From the IMG/VR virus record IMGVR_UViG_3300047295_000025: DNA of 64,000 nucleotides. One strand, given 5' to 3'. This DNA comes from an uncultured virus (IMG/VR IMGVR_UViG_3300047295_000025). Its lineage: Duplodnaviria; Heunggongvirae; Uroviricota; Caudoviricetes; Schitoviridae. The notes under the pieces were generated by a model, which saw nothing but the letters and a program-made list of their open reading frames with translations, was not told the origin of the DNA and made no database searches. Made by a program: the position numbers and the translations under genes. Each line of letters starts with the position of its first letter. Within the stretch, counting starts at the first letter, position 1. Shown in pieces: positions 34,525 through 44,336 of the stretch.

Positions 34525-35745
34525 ATGAAGGATCTGGAAACCCTCTCCGATGAAGAGCTGATGAACACGCCTCCTCCTGTGGTTGACCCAGAGGATGCGG
34601 CCAATGCTCTGGCTGCTGCAAACGAAGCCCAGACCCCGCAAGGCGGGGAAGAGGACAGTGCTGGTGAAGAAGCCAACACTCCCCTTGAGCAGGATGAGCA
34701 AGTCGGTGACGCCGAAGACAAGAAGCCTGAGGACGATGCGACTGCGGGAGGAGGCGAAGCCGACGACCAAGCAGGGAAAGCAGCGGATGACAAGGCTTCG
34801 GTCGAAGGTGACGCCGATGCAGCGAAGCCTGCGTCTGAAGCACCCGACAAGAATACCCCTCCTGTTGAAGGAGCGAATACTCCTGTCGTAGACCCCAAGA
34901 CTGAGTACGAGAAGATCCTCGCCCCGTTCAATGCGAACGGAAAGCCCATGCAAGTGAAGAATGCTGATGAAGCTATTCGCTTGATGCAGATGGGAGCGAA
35001 CTATTCTCGCAAAATGCAGGATATCCAACCGCATCGTAAGGTGCTAAGGATGCTTCAAGACAATCAGTTGCTTGATGAGAACCGACTCTCCTTCCTCATT
35101 GACTTGGAGAAGAAGAACCCCGAGGCCATCAAGAAGCTGATCGCTGACAGTGGTATCGATCCTCTTGAGATCGACATGACTGTGGCACCCGCATACAGAG
35201 AAGGCACTCACCGAGTAAGCGACGAGGAAGAGAGTTTCCGCTCTGTGCTGGATGAAGTTACTTCGTCCGTCACAGGCAAAGAGACTGTTCAACTGGTTCA
35301 CACCACTTGGGATCAGCTTTCAAAAGATGCGCTCTGGGCTAATCCTGAGATCCTGAAGACGATCCAGCAACAGAGAGAGAACGGTATCTACGACCGCATC
35401 GTCTCTGAACTGGACCGCCAACGGGCACTCGGAGATATCCCGGTTTCGACACCGTTCCTCAAGGCCTACGAACAGGTTGGAAAACAGCTGGTTGCTTCCG
35501 GTGGGTTCCAAGACTTGGCGCAGACCCCGGGCAACGCCGCTAATCAGCAGCAGGGGCAGGGCCAGCCTCAGCCGCAGAAGCAGGTCGTTGATACCCGTGT
35601 GGCTCAGCCCAAGCCCGTGACGAGTAACAGTGAGCAAGCCCGTGCTGCCTCTCCGACGAGAAGCACTCCGGGAACCGCCAAGCCTCTGATCAACCCGCTC
35701 GCAATGAGCGACGCAGAGTTTCTGGCTCTTTCTCCTCCGTCCTGA
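34525..35745 (+). CDS. N4 gp57-like protein (scaffold-like)
   Basis: Acidic N-terminus, PFNANGK, LMQMGANY, NPLAMSD.EF; directly before MCP. Confidence 0.8.
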   Translation: MKDLETLSDEELMNTPPPVVDPEDAANALAAANEAQTPQGGEEDSAGEEANTPLEQDEQVGDAEDKKPEDDATAGGGEADDQAGKAADDKASVEGDADAAKPASEAPDKNTPPVEGANTPVVDPKTEYEKILAPFNANGKPMQVKNADEAIRLMQMGANYSRKMQDIQPHRKVLRMLQDNQLLDENRLSFLIDLEKKNPEAIKKLIADSGIDPLEIDMTVAPAYREGTHRVSDEEESFRSVLDEVTSSVTGKETVQLVHTTWDQLSKDALWANPEILKTIQQQRENGIYDRIVSELDRQRALGDIPVSTPFLKAYEQVGKQLVASGGFQDLAQTPGNAANQQQGQGQPQPQKQVVDTRVAQPKPVTSNSEQARAASPTRSTPGTAKPLINPLAMSDAEFLALSPPS

Positions 35746-35762
35746 ATAGGAATTCATAAGCT

Positions 35763-36974
35763 ATGCTGAACTACAACGCTCCCATCGACGGCCAAAAGTC
35801 TTCGATCGACAGCGCCTCTTCGGATCAGATGAACACGTTCTACTGGATCAAGAAGGCCCTGATCACGGCCCGGAAGGAACAATTCTTCCTGCCGCTCGCC
35901 TCTGTCGTGAACATTCCGAAGAACTTCGGGAAGACCGTCAAGGTCTACGAGTACGTCCCGCTGCTGGACGACCGGAACATCAACGACCAAGGCATCGACG
36001 CCAACGGTGTCACCATCGCCAACGGCAACCTGTACGGTTCGTCGAAGGACGTGGGCACCATCACCGGCAAACTGCCTCTCCTGACGGAGAACGGTGGTCG
36101 AGTGAACCGCGTCGGCTTCACCCGTCTGGCTCGTGAAGGCAGCCTGCACAAGTTCGGTTTCTTCACCGAATTCACGCAGGAGTCGCTGGACTTCGACTCG
36201 GACGACATGCTGAAGGAACACCTGAGCCGTGAACTGCTCGATGGTGCGACCCAGCTGACCGAAGCTGTCCTGCAAAAGGACCTGCTGGCCAACGCTGGCG
36301 TGGTTCTCTACGCCGGTGCTGCGACGGACACGGACGAGATCATCGGTGAAGTTGTTGGTGGTGCTCCGGCCTCCATCATCAGCTACCGGAACCTGATGCG
36401 ACTGGATGCGATCCTCACGGACAACCGCACCCCGAAGCAGACGAAGGTGATCGTCGGTTCGCGTCTGACCGACACCAAGGTCATCCCGGCTGGCCGTGTC
36501 ATGTTCGTGGGTTCGGAAGTCGTTCCGATCCTGAAGGGCATGAGAGATCTGTTCGACAACGCAGCGTTCATCGCTGTGCAGCACTACGGTGATGCGGGCA
36601 CTCTCCTGAACGGCGAGATCGGCTCGGTCGATGCGTTCCGCATCGTCCAAGTCCCGGAAATGCTGCACTGGGCGGGTGCTGGTGCCGAGGTCATCACGAA
36701 CCCCGGTTACCGTACCTCGATGGTTGGTGGCGACGAACGCTACGACGTGTTCCCGCTGCTGGTCGTTGGTGACGACTCGTTCGCCACCATCGGCTTCCAA
36801 TCGGATGGCAAGACTGTGAAGTTCTCCATCCTGACGAAGATGCCGGGTGCTGATACGGCTGATCGGAACGATCCTTACGGTGAGTCCGGCTTCAGCTCGA
36901 TCAAGTGGTACTACGGCTTCCTGGCCAAGCGCCCGGAACGTATCGCTCTGGCGAAGACCGTCGCTCCGATCTAA
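35763..36974 (+). CDS. Major capsid protein (N4 gp56-like)
   Basis: [49 protein letters not shown]. Confidence 0.95.
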   Translation: MLNYNAPIDGQKSSIDSASSDQMNTFYWIKKALITARKEQFFLPLASVVNIPKNFGKTVKVYEYVPLLDDRNINDQGIDANGVTIANGNLYGSSKDVGTITGKLPLLTENGGRVNRVGFTRLAREGSLHKFGFFTEFTQESLDFDSDDMLKEHLSRELLDGATQLTEAVLQKDLLANAGVVLYAGAATDTDEIIGEVVGGAPASIISYRNLMRLDAILTDNRTPKQTKVIVGSRLTDTKVIPAGRVMFVGSEVVPILKGMRDLFDNAAFIAVQHYGDAGTLLNGEIGSVDAFRIVQVPEMLHWAGAGAEVITNPGYRTSMVGGDERYDVFPLLVVGDDSFATIGFQSDGKTVKFSILTKMPGADTADRNDPYGESGFSSIKWYYGFLAKRPERIALAKTVAPI

Positions 36975-36992
36975 TCGAAGCGAACTGAGTGG

Positions 36993-37020
36993 AGGGGGAG
37001 GCTTCCGGGCCTCCCCTTTT
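36993..37020 (+). terminator. Terminator after MCP
   Basis: GGGGAGGC/GCCTCCCC-TTTT. Confidence 0.8.
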
Positions 37021-37062
37021 CACTATAAGAACCCTGTATCAACTGACCCCCGGGATGACCCA

Positions 37063-37815
37063 ATGGATACCTCGCCCTTCAAACCCAGTGCTGAAGAGAC
37101 TGCTGCCGAACCGGCTGCTGAAACTGCTCCGGTCGAAGCTTCTGCTGAAGCCAACATCAGCGATGTCGATGACATGACGCCTGAACAACGTGAGAAAGCA
37201 GAGCTGGAAAGCCTGCGTGCCCGTGCCCGTGCAATGGGCATGAACATCTCGGGCAACATCAGCCTTGGCACTCTGAAGGCCAAGATCGCTGAGCGACAGG
37301 CCCAAGACGAGAAGAACGCTGAGCTGGCTACCGCCCAAGCTCCGAACCCGTTCGGTGACGAACCCAAGGCTCAAGCTGCTGTTGCAGCTGCCGAGGAAGA
37401 TGCCCCTGAAGTCATGGTTCAAGGCCGTGACGAGACCAAGCAGGAGCTTCGTGCTCGCCTGATCGCTGAGAACATGCGTCTGATTCGAGTTCGGATTACG
37501 AACATGGACCCGAAAAAGGCCAACCTGCCGGGTGAAGTCCTGACCGTCGCCAATGAGTTCCTCGGCTCGGTCAAGAAGTTCATCCCCTACGGTGAGCAAA
37601 CGGACGAGGGCTTCCACATTCCCTACGTCCTGTTCAAGCTGCTGGACAAGCGTCGCTTCCTGAACATCCGCACCCGCAAGGACAAGCGGACTGGTGGTGA
37701 GATCGTTGAGAGCACTTGGGTCAGGGAGTTCTCTATCGAAGTCCTGCCGCCCCTGACTGCTGACGAGATCAAGAAGCTCGCCACTGCTCAAATCGCTGCT
37801 GGCAGCATCAACTAA
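37063..37815 (+). CDS. N4 gp55-like protein
   Basis: LIRVRITNMDPKK, EVLPPLT; synteny. Confidence 0.78.
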   Translation: MDTSPFKPSAEETAAEPAAETAPVEASAEANISDVDDMTPEQREKAELESLRARARAMGMNISGNISLGTLKAKIAERQAQDEKNAELATAQAPNPFGDEPKAQAAVAAAEEDAPEVMVQGRDETKQELRARLIAENMRLIRVRITNMDPKKANLPGEVLTVANEFLGSVKKFIPYGEQTDEGFHIPYVLFKLLDKRRFLNIRTRKDKRTGGEIVESTWVREFSIEVLPPLTADEIKKLATAQIAAGSIN

Positions 37816-37838
37816 GCGTCTTCTGAGGAACCGTTCCC

Positions 37839-38912
37839 ATGCCTGATTGCGGTGCTGGCACTCTAGCCAACGATCTCAAAACCGAACTTCTCACTGGAGA
37901 AGTCATCACTCTTCCTGTGATTGATATCACTGGACCGGAGTATGAGATTGCGACTGAGGGTACAGGCCCGATCTTCTCCGACATTGTGCGTCTGGCGAAC
38001 CCAGACCTCACTGAACGAAGGATCGATGGGAACGGAACCTTTGATGCCCTGATGCAGGGCTTCAATGTTCACCTCACTCGTGAGTATGAGGCGAACCGGA
38101 TTACGGGTGAGCAATACACCAAGGCCTACACGGCACTGGTGGAAGGAGCCATGTCGAACGCTGTGTCCTTCCTTCTGGGGAAGGATCAGGCATTCTGGCA
38201 GGCAGTCACTGCTCAACAGCAAGCTCGACTGACTGAGATCCAAGCGGTGATCGCTCGGGTCGGTCTGCAAAAGGCCAAGGTCGAGCTGGCTATGGTCCAG
38301 ATCCAAGCTCGGAATGAGGAAGCGAACTACGCCCTCACGAAGATGCGTCTGGCCACTGAGAGCGTCCAATACTGCACGGCGAAGTATCAGCTCGAAGAGC
38401 TGCTGCCTCAGCAGAAGCTGCTGGCTGCCCAGCAAATCCGTGTGACCACGGAAGCTGCTGACCTCGCTGTGCTGAACAGAACCGATATGTTCCCTCAACA
38501 GGTGGAACTGCTCGGCAAGCAGATCACCCAGCTTGAGAAGCAGACCCTCATGGTCGAGGCTCAGACTGAGACCGTGAACTACACGAACACGAACATGCTG
38601 CCTCAGCAGGTGACCCAACTCGAAGCCCAGACCGATATGGTCCGGGAACAGATTGAAGCTGCTCGTGCCCAGACCTCGAACAACAGGACTGATGGTGTCC
38701 CGGTCGCTGGTCTTCTGGGAATGCAGAAGAGCCTGTTCGCTCAGCAGATCACCTCGTATCAGAGAGATGCGGAGATCAAGGCTGCTCGTCCGTTCATCGA
38801 CGCATGGATCACCATGAAGACGATTGACGAAGGCGTTGAACCGCCTACTGGTTTCACCAACGCAAACCTGGATCAAGTCCTGGCGACGATCAAAGCCAAC
38901 AACGATCTGTAA
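37839..38912 (+). CDS. Virion structural protein (N4 gp54-like)
   Basis: GNGTFDALM, RITGEQY; long coiled-coil; synteny. Confidence 0.78.
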   Translation: MPDCGAGTLANDLKTELLTGEVITLPVIDITGPEYEIATEGTGPIFSDIVRLANPDLTERRIDGNGTFDALMQGFNVHLTREYEANRITGEQYTKAYTALVEGAMSNAVSFLLGKDQAFWQAVTAQQQARLTEIQAVIARVGLQKAKVELAMVQIQARNEEANYALTKMRLATESVQYCTAKYQLEELLPQQKLLAAQQIRVTTEAADLAVLNRTDMFPQQVELLGKQITQLEKQTLMVEAQTETVNYTNTNMLPQQVTQLEAQTDMVREQIEAARAQTSNNRTDGVPVAGLLGMQKSLFAQQITSYQRDAEIKAARPFIDAWITMKTIDEGVEPPTGFTNANLDQVLATIKANNDL

Positions 38913-38948
38913 ATGGGATGGGGGGGCTTCGGCCCCCTCTTGTTGGTC

Positions 38949-41606
38949 ATGGGCCTGTTCTCCTCTCGGAAGAAAACCTACGTCTCCTCAGTCGTCTACA
39001 ACATGGCTGGGCCAGAGGAAGATCGACCTCAGTTCCTGAAGTCGCTCATCCTTGGCAACATGGTGGGCAACAGGAACTTCAACGTCGTTGACACGATCCA
39101 GAGAGGCTACTTCAACGGTGGTGGAGCAAAGCTTCGTCGGTTCTATAACTGGGCTGAGAACAACTTCCCTGAAGCCGACATCCCGAACGACACCATTCGC
39201 TCGATCAGAGAACTGAGCATCTCAGAGGTTGAGGCTGCCATTTCGAGTGTGGTGGGCACGCCCGTAGAGGTCTCTTGGGTCGAAGCTGGATCCGTTGACC
39301 CAACGTACTGGGCCATGAAGTGGATGTACGAGAACCTGCCCGGTCGGGTCCACGACGACTGGAGTGCAGACTTTGACTACGAATACGGTGAGAACCCCAA
39401 CGAGAAGCAGATCATCATCAGCTTTGCTGACGGTGAGACGCTTCCAATTCTGGTGAACATCAACGACTACTACAAAGGCTCCTACTACATCTACGCCCTG
39501 TACAGACAGGACACTGGTGCAGTGGTTCACCCTCTTGTCGTTGGAGCTACGATTGATCTGGGATCCACGGGAGAGTTTCCTTCCCTGACGGGTTGGAGAT
39601 CTGCTGGGGATCAGGAGACCCCACGAACTGCTCGTCTGGTGAGGAAGGTTTCAACCACGGTTGGAGGCGTGACCACGGTCGTGGAGACGGCTGAGACTGA
39701 GACCTTCAGCGAATATGTGTCGATGAACGTCAAGACCACATACATGGGTCTGGTGGATGGCCGTCGCTACGACAAGACGGAATATCTCAGGCTCCACCAG
39801 ACTTATGTGATCGAGACGGAAACCACGACTGTGGGATCTGTCACGACTGAACAGGATGTGCTGGTCAGATCCCGGGATTACCGTATCGACACACAGGAAA
39901 GAACCCTGACAAACTTCGGGGAACCGAAGATCTTCATCTATCAGACTGGCATTGGTGGTGCCCTTGACCACCTTCTCAGCAAGTATGAAGTCGGTGATGG
40001 CTATTTCCCGCTCATCCCTGTGAGGCTCAACAACGAGTTCTTGAGTGACAGCAGTCACCCTGAACTCTATGAGAAGAGCAAGAAGGCTTACAAGAAAGCC
40101 TTCGGTGCCTCTATGGACGATCTAGTAGAGAAGATCGCTGACAGTCCTTCTGTCGGTGACATCGACTTCGCTTACATTGTGTTTGGTGTGTCGCTGAACA
40201 CAAAAGAAAACGCCTGCAAGAAGTACATCTACAACTACTTCCACAAGCTTGCTCGTATCGGGGTGGTGTATCCCCCGGATACAGCTGGCTGGGAGACCCG
40301 CTACGATCAGTACACCACAGCTCGGAATGCGTGGGACACTTGGGTCGCTGAGCAAGAGCTGGTGGTTGATGAGGGTGGCTCCGTTGGAACGGGTGGAGGA
40401 ACCTATCCAAGGATACCGGGCTTCTCGACGCCTCCGGCGTCGAACGCCCGGATCAAGACCTCCGACAAGATCCTGAACTTCGATATGGAAATCGACTGGG
40501 AGACGGTGGTGGAAACCACTGGGTCTGGTCTTGGCCAACCCGGCATGAAGCCGGGCGAGGTGTCCATCGTTCCTATGGGTCACACTACGGCTACGTTCTT
40601 CCAGCTGTTCGGGGATGACAGAGAAGACCTGAAGCGCAACGAACTGAAAATCTGGTGGCAGCTGACTGAGGACAGCTGGAAGTGCCTGACCATCACTGGT
40701 CTGGTTCATAAGAACCACATCTGGAACGGCAAGAGCGTTGAGATCACCTCGGGTGAGGCGTTCGAAGATCCAGAGGAGGAGAATGGGGAAACGGGCTTCC
40801 TGATCCCGCTCCATGCTCAGATCTTCAAAGAGATGTCTCTCGTTGATGCAACGCAGATGGCAACTGCCTGCACCTACTTGGTCTTCAACTGCTACCAGAT
40901 CGTGAAGCAGAAATGGTATCAGCGAGGCTGGTTCCAAGTGGTCATCTTCATCGTGGCTGTAGTGATCACCGTGGTTACTGGTGGTGCTGGTATTGGTGCT
41001 TCTGTCGGTCTGCTGGGGGCCAATGCTGCCATAGGCATCGCTATTGGACTGACAGGTCTGGCTGCTGTGATTGCTGGGGTGGTGGCCAACATGGTCGCTG
41101 CCATGATCCTTACCCGCCTGATCACCTATGTGGCAGTGGAGGCGCTGGGCGAGAAGATCGGAATGCTCGTGGCTATGATTGCCTCGTTCGTTGCCATCAA
41201 CATCGGAACTGCCATGCAAGCCGGACAATCACTGTCCAGCATGTGGGGTAACATGATGAGTGCTCAGAACCTGTTCTACCTCACTAACTCGGTGGGGAGT
41301 GGGGTTGCTGGGTACATTCAAGCAGGGGCTGCTGAGTACGGTCAGCAAGCTCAAGACCTGATGGAAGATTACGAAAGACAGTCGAAGGAGCTTCAGCAAC
41401 GCTATGCAGATAATGTAGGCTATGCTAACTCCATCATCGACCCGTTCCGCCTCACTCAGGCTGGACAGGAGCAGCTTCAGTTGGAAAGCCCCGGCGCATT
41501 CCTTGGCAGAACACTAATGACGGGAAGTGACATCGCTGAATTGTCTTTCGACATGCTGGCGAACTTCGCTAATTTGACTCTGCGCCTCGATCTCCCCACT
41601 AACTAG
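38949..41606 (+). CDS. N4 gp53-like structural protein with C-terminal hydrophobic helices
   Basis: MGLFSSRKKTYVSS start, KQKWYQRGWF then TM-like segments. Confidence 0.8.
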   Translation: MGLFSSRKKTYVSSVVYNMAGPEEDRPQFLKSLILGNMVGNRNFNVVDTIQRGYFNGGGAKLRRFYNWAENNFPEADIPNDTIRSIRELSISEVEAAISSVVGTPVEVSWVEAGSVDPTYWAMKWMYENLPGRVHDDWSADFDYEYGENPNEKQIIISFADGETLPILVNINDYYKGSYYIYALYRQDTGAVVHPLVVGATIDLGSTGEFPSLTGWRSAGDQETPRTARLVRKVSTTVGGVTTVVETAETETFSEYVSMNVKTTYMGLVDGRRYDKTEYLRLHQTYVIETETTTVGSVTTEQDVLVRSRDYRIDTQERTLTNFGEPKIFIYQTGIGGALDHLLSKYEVGDGYFPLIPVRLNNEFLSDSSHPELYEKSKKAYKKAFGASMDDLVEKIADSPSVGDIDFAYIVFGVSLNTKENACKKYIYNYFHKLARIGVVYPPDTAGWETRYDQYTTARNAWDTWVAEQELVVDEGGSVGTGGGTYPRIPGFSTPPASNARIKTSDKILNFDMEIDWETVVETTGSGLGQPGMKPGEVSIVPMGHTTATFFQLFGDDREDLKRNELKIWWQLTEDSWKCLTITGLVHKNHIWNGKSVEITSGEAFEDPEEENGETGFLIPLHAQIFKEMSLVDATQMATACTYLVFNCYQIVKQKWYQRGWFQVVIFIVAVVITVVTGGAGIGASVGLLGANAAIGIAIGLTGLAAVIAGVVANMVAAMILTRLITYVAVEALGEKIGMLVAMIASFVAINIGTAMQAGQSLSSMWGNMMSAQNLFYLTNSVGSGVAGYIQAGAAEYGQQAQDLMEDYERQSKELQQRYADNVGYANSIIDPFRLTQAGQEQLQLESPGAFLGRTLMTGSDIAELSFDMLANFANLTLRLDLPTN

Positions 41607-41617
41607 CGGTCACTCCT

Positions 41618-42100
41618 ATGCAACCTGCTTTCGCTCTCCCGTCTTTCGCTCCCTTCGCTGCTGGTATGGCTGGTGGCCTTGGCAGTGGTATCGAGATGTT
41701 CGCGCCTCAAGCGCCGACGAACCTCAATCCGCTGAGCATGGTCCCTGGAGTGCAGCCTGCTGGCTCCAATCTACCGAAGGTGGGTGGTGCTGGGGTAGGT
41801 GGTGCTACTCCGGGCTTCCTCGGTATCGAGGGTCTGGGTGCCAACCTCGGTACCCTGAACATGGGCCTGTCTGGTCTTGAGACCATCGGCAAGCTGTGGG
41901 CTGCTTTCGAGTCCCAGAAACTGGCCAAGCAGCAGTTCGGGTTCCAGAAAGAGTTCGCCAACACGAACCTGAACAACCAGATCAGATCGTACAACACGGC
42001 TCTAACTGATCGGGCCAATACCCGGGCAATCGTCAACGGCCAATCTGCTGCTGACCGTGACGCCTACATCCAACAGAACCGCGCCACTCGTGGGGGCTAA
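41618..42100 (+). CDS. Ejection protein (N4 gp52-like)
   Basis: Gly-rich N-terminus, NTNLNNQIRSYNT; synteny. Confidence 0.78.
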   Translation: MQPAFALPSFAPFAAGMAGGLGSGIEMFAPQAPTNLNPLSMVPGVQPAGSNLPKVGGAGVGGATPGFLGIEGLGANLGTLNMGLSGLETIGKLWAAFESQKLAKQQFGFQKEFANTNLNNQIRSYNTALTDRANTRAIVNGQSAADRDAYIQQNRATRGG

Positions 42101-42110
42101 GGAATAGAAC

Positions 42111-44255
42111 ATGGCTCAACTTCAGTGGCGTGATGTGAATGCCCCAGACTTCTCAGGAAGTGCTGAGGGCTTTCGCACGTTCAGCAATCTGCTGGACAGT
42201 GCGTTTGGTGGACTGAAACAGTCTGTCAATCAGTTCGATGCGATCCAAACCAATCGGGTGAACCAAGAGCTGATGCGTACTGCGATGGGCATCACAGACG
42301 CAGCTGCGTTTGATGAAGCCCTGCCGGGAATGCTGCAAGATCCGAGAGCTGCTCGACTGACTGCTGAGAACCTCGCGTTCCTCGGTGGTAGAACGAATGC
42401 TCTGCTTCAGACTGAGGGCAACCGTCTCCGCAATGTGGACACGGCTCAGGACATGAACTTCGAGCAAGAAACCCGTGGTCGGACGCAAGATCAGTGGAAA
42501 GCTGAAGACGCTGTTCAGCCCTACGCCTCCGAAGCTCTTCGTCTGGCTGCTTCTGGAGATGACGCGGGTGCTCGTGCTGTATGGGCGAGGCCTGAAGCTC
42601 AGGCTGCTCTGGGCCAAATGGCTCCTGACAAAGCTGCTGCCATCATCTCTGGTGAGTTCAGAATTGGTTCCGACAGGCGTGGCCTGCGTGACTCTGATCT
42701 GAGGTACGACACAAACCTGTTCGAATTCAACGAGACAAAGACCAGTGCTGCTGAGCGTACTCAGGCTGAGAGTGTCGTTGCTGCTCTGCTTCCCAGAGCC
42801 ACGACCCTCGAAGAAGCTGAAGGTCTGATCTATGGCTCTCAGGCTTACAAGGACCTGCCTGCTGGTGCTCAGCTTGCTGCTGACACTATGATCAGGGCAA
42901 GGTTCCCCAATGCTGCTCCTGCAATCGCAGGAGCTGCTGGTGCTCCTGTTGGGGGTGGTGGAGCGCCAATTAGCGCAGCTGACGCCCTGAATATCGTCAA
43001 CTATGAGGCCAGAGGTCGTGGGTTTACGACTGTTCCTGCGGGCATCCAGACCTACGATCAGCTCCAGAACTATGGTCGCCAAATGGTTCAAGGAACCAAT
43101 GGCGAAGGATCAAGTGCTACTGGACCATTCCAGATCACCTATACTACTCGGGACGAGTTTGCTCCTCGCGTTCTTGGAGCAAACTGGAGAACTCTGCCGC
43201 GTACTGTTGAGAGTGAAGACAAGATTGCAGAGGCAATCTTCAACGATTCCAATGGTAGTGCTGAGGCGCTTCGCGGTAGATGGGTATCTCTTAGTCCTTC
43301 TGAAGCTGAAAGAGTTCGTCGTCTTCCTTGGTCACAGGCCAGACAGATCATTGCCAATGGCGAAAGCAACGTGGACCTGTCCACCCTGAACGCCTCAGCA
43401 AACGCTGCTCAGGCTCAGATTGCTGACCAGCGGGCACAGTCGCCTGTTGAAGATCTTTTGGCTGGGTATGCTGCTGCCAATCGCCAAAATCTGGCACCGG
43501 CTGCTGCTGCTGCAACGCTGACTGCTGATGGTGGTGCTTTGGCTGGTGCAAACCGTGCTGATGCCATTGAAGCAGTGAACTCTGTGGCCGCAAGGTACGG
43601 CGTTACAAACTCTGTGGCTGCTGCGCTGATCTCGAACAACGTACAGAGACCGGGACTTATCGACTTCCGTCGTCGTATGGGGGGCATTGTCCTCGACCAC
43701 GACGGCATCAAGAACGATGCTGCACTTCTGGAAAATGGAGGCCTTCAGCGCGGCACTGTGGCTCTTCAGACCCGTGAGGGTGTGAGTGCTGGTATTGAGA
43801 CTGCCAGAGCTGCTGCTACCACTGCTGCTGCTGAGCTTGCTGCTGCGATCAGGCGTCAGGCTGTACGTCCTGATCTTGACATTTCTGCTTACGTTCAGAG
43901 AGACCGTCAGGCCAGACAAGCGTTCCAGATGGCTCAAGCTGCTTCTCAAGCTCCCGGAGTTGGGTATCAACCGCCTGTTGCTCCTCAAGCTCCGGTGAGA
44001 GCAGCGCCTGCTGCCCGTCCTGCTCCTGCGAGAACCCCAGCCAATACCTTGGCTCGGAGACCGGGAGAAAATGCTGAGGATCACCGTGCTCGGGTGAACC
44101 AGATCATTGCGGAAACACCTGTTGCTCCGGTACGGAGAGCGGCACCTCGTCCTGCTCCCGCTGCTCCCACCAGAGGCGTCAACGATTACGCACGCCGACC
44201 GGGTGAAAGCGTTGCTGCTCACCGGATCCGGGTTAGAGCGATGATGGGTCTGTAA
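42111..44255 (+). CDS. Ejection protein (N4 gp51-like) with lysozyme-like motif
   Basis: MAQLQWRDV.APDFSG start; SSATGPFQI.YTT; precedes vRNAP. Confidence 0.78.
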   Translation: MAQLQWRDVNAPDFSGSAEGFRTFSNLLDSAFGGLKQSVNQFDAIQTNRVNQELMRTAMGITDAAAFDEALPGMLQDPRAARLTAENLAFLGGRTNALLQTEGNRLRNVDTAQDMNFEQETRGRTQDQWKAEDAVQPYASEALRLAASGDDAGARAVWARPEAQAALGQMAPDKAAAIISGEFRIGSDRRGLRDSDLRYDTNLFEFNETKTSAAERTQAESVVAALLPRATTLEEAEGLIYGSQAYKDLPAGAQLAADTMIRARFPNAAPAIAGAAGAPVGGGGAPISAADALNIVNYEARGRGFTTVPAGIQTYDQLQNYGRQMVQGTNGEGSSATGPFQITYTTRDEFAPRVLGANWRTLPRTVESEDKIAEAIFNDSNGSAEALRGRWVSLSPSEAERVRRLPWSQARQIIANGESNVDLSTLNASANAAQAQIADQRAQSPVEDLLAGYAAANRQNLAPAAAAATLTADGGALAGANRADAIEAVNSVAARYGVTNSVAAALISNNVQRPGLIDFRRRMGGIVLDHDGIKNDAALLENGGLQRGTVALQTREGVSAGIETARAAATTAAAELAAAIRRQAVRPDLDISAYVQRDRQARQAFQMAQAASQAPGVGYQPPVAPQAPVRAAPAARPAPARTPANTLARRPGENAEDHRARVNQIIAETPVAPVRRAAPRPAPAAPTRGVNDYARRPGESVAAHRIRVRAMMGL

Positions 44256-44292
44256 AATAAAAAGGCCACCTGAAAAGGTGGCCTTTTTTATT
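44256..44292. terminator. Bidirectional terminator
   Basis: AAAAAGGCCACCT-GAAA-AGGTGGCCTTTTTT. Confidence 0.85.
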
Positions 44293-44336
44293 GAGGGTGG
44301 TAGAGCTGGCTTGTTCATCCCAGCACAGGCCGACCA

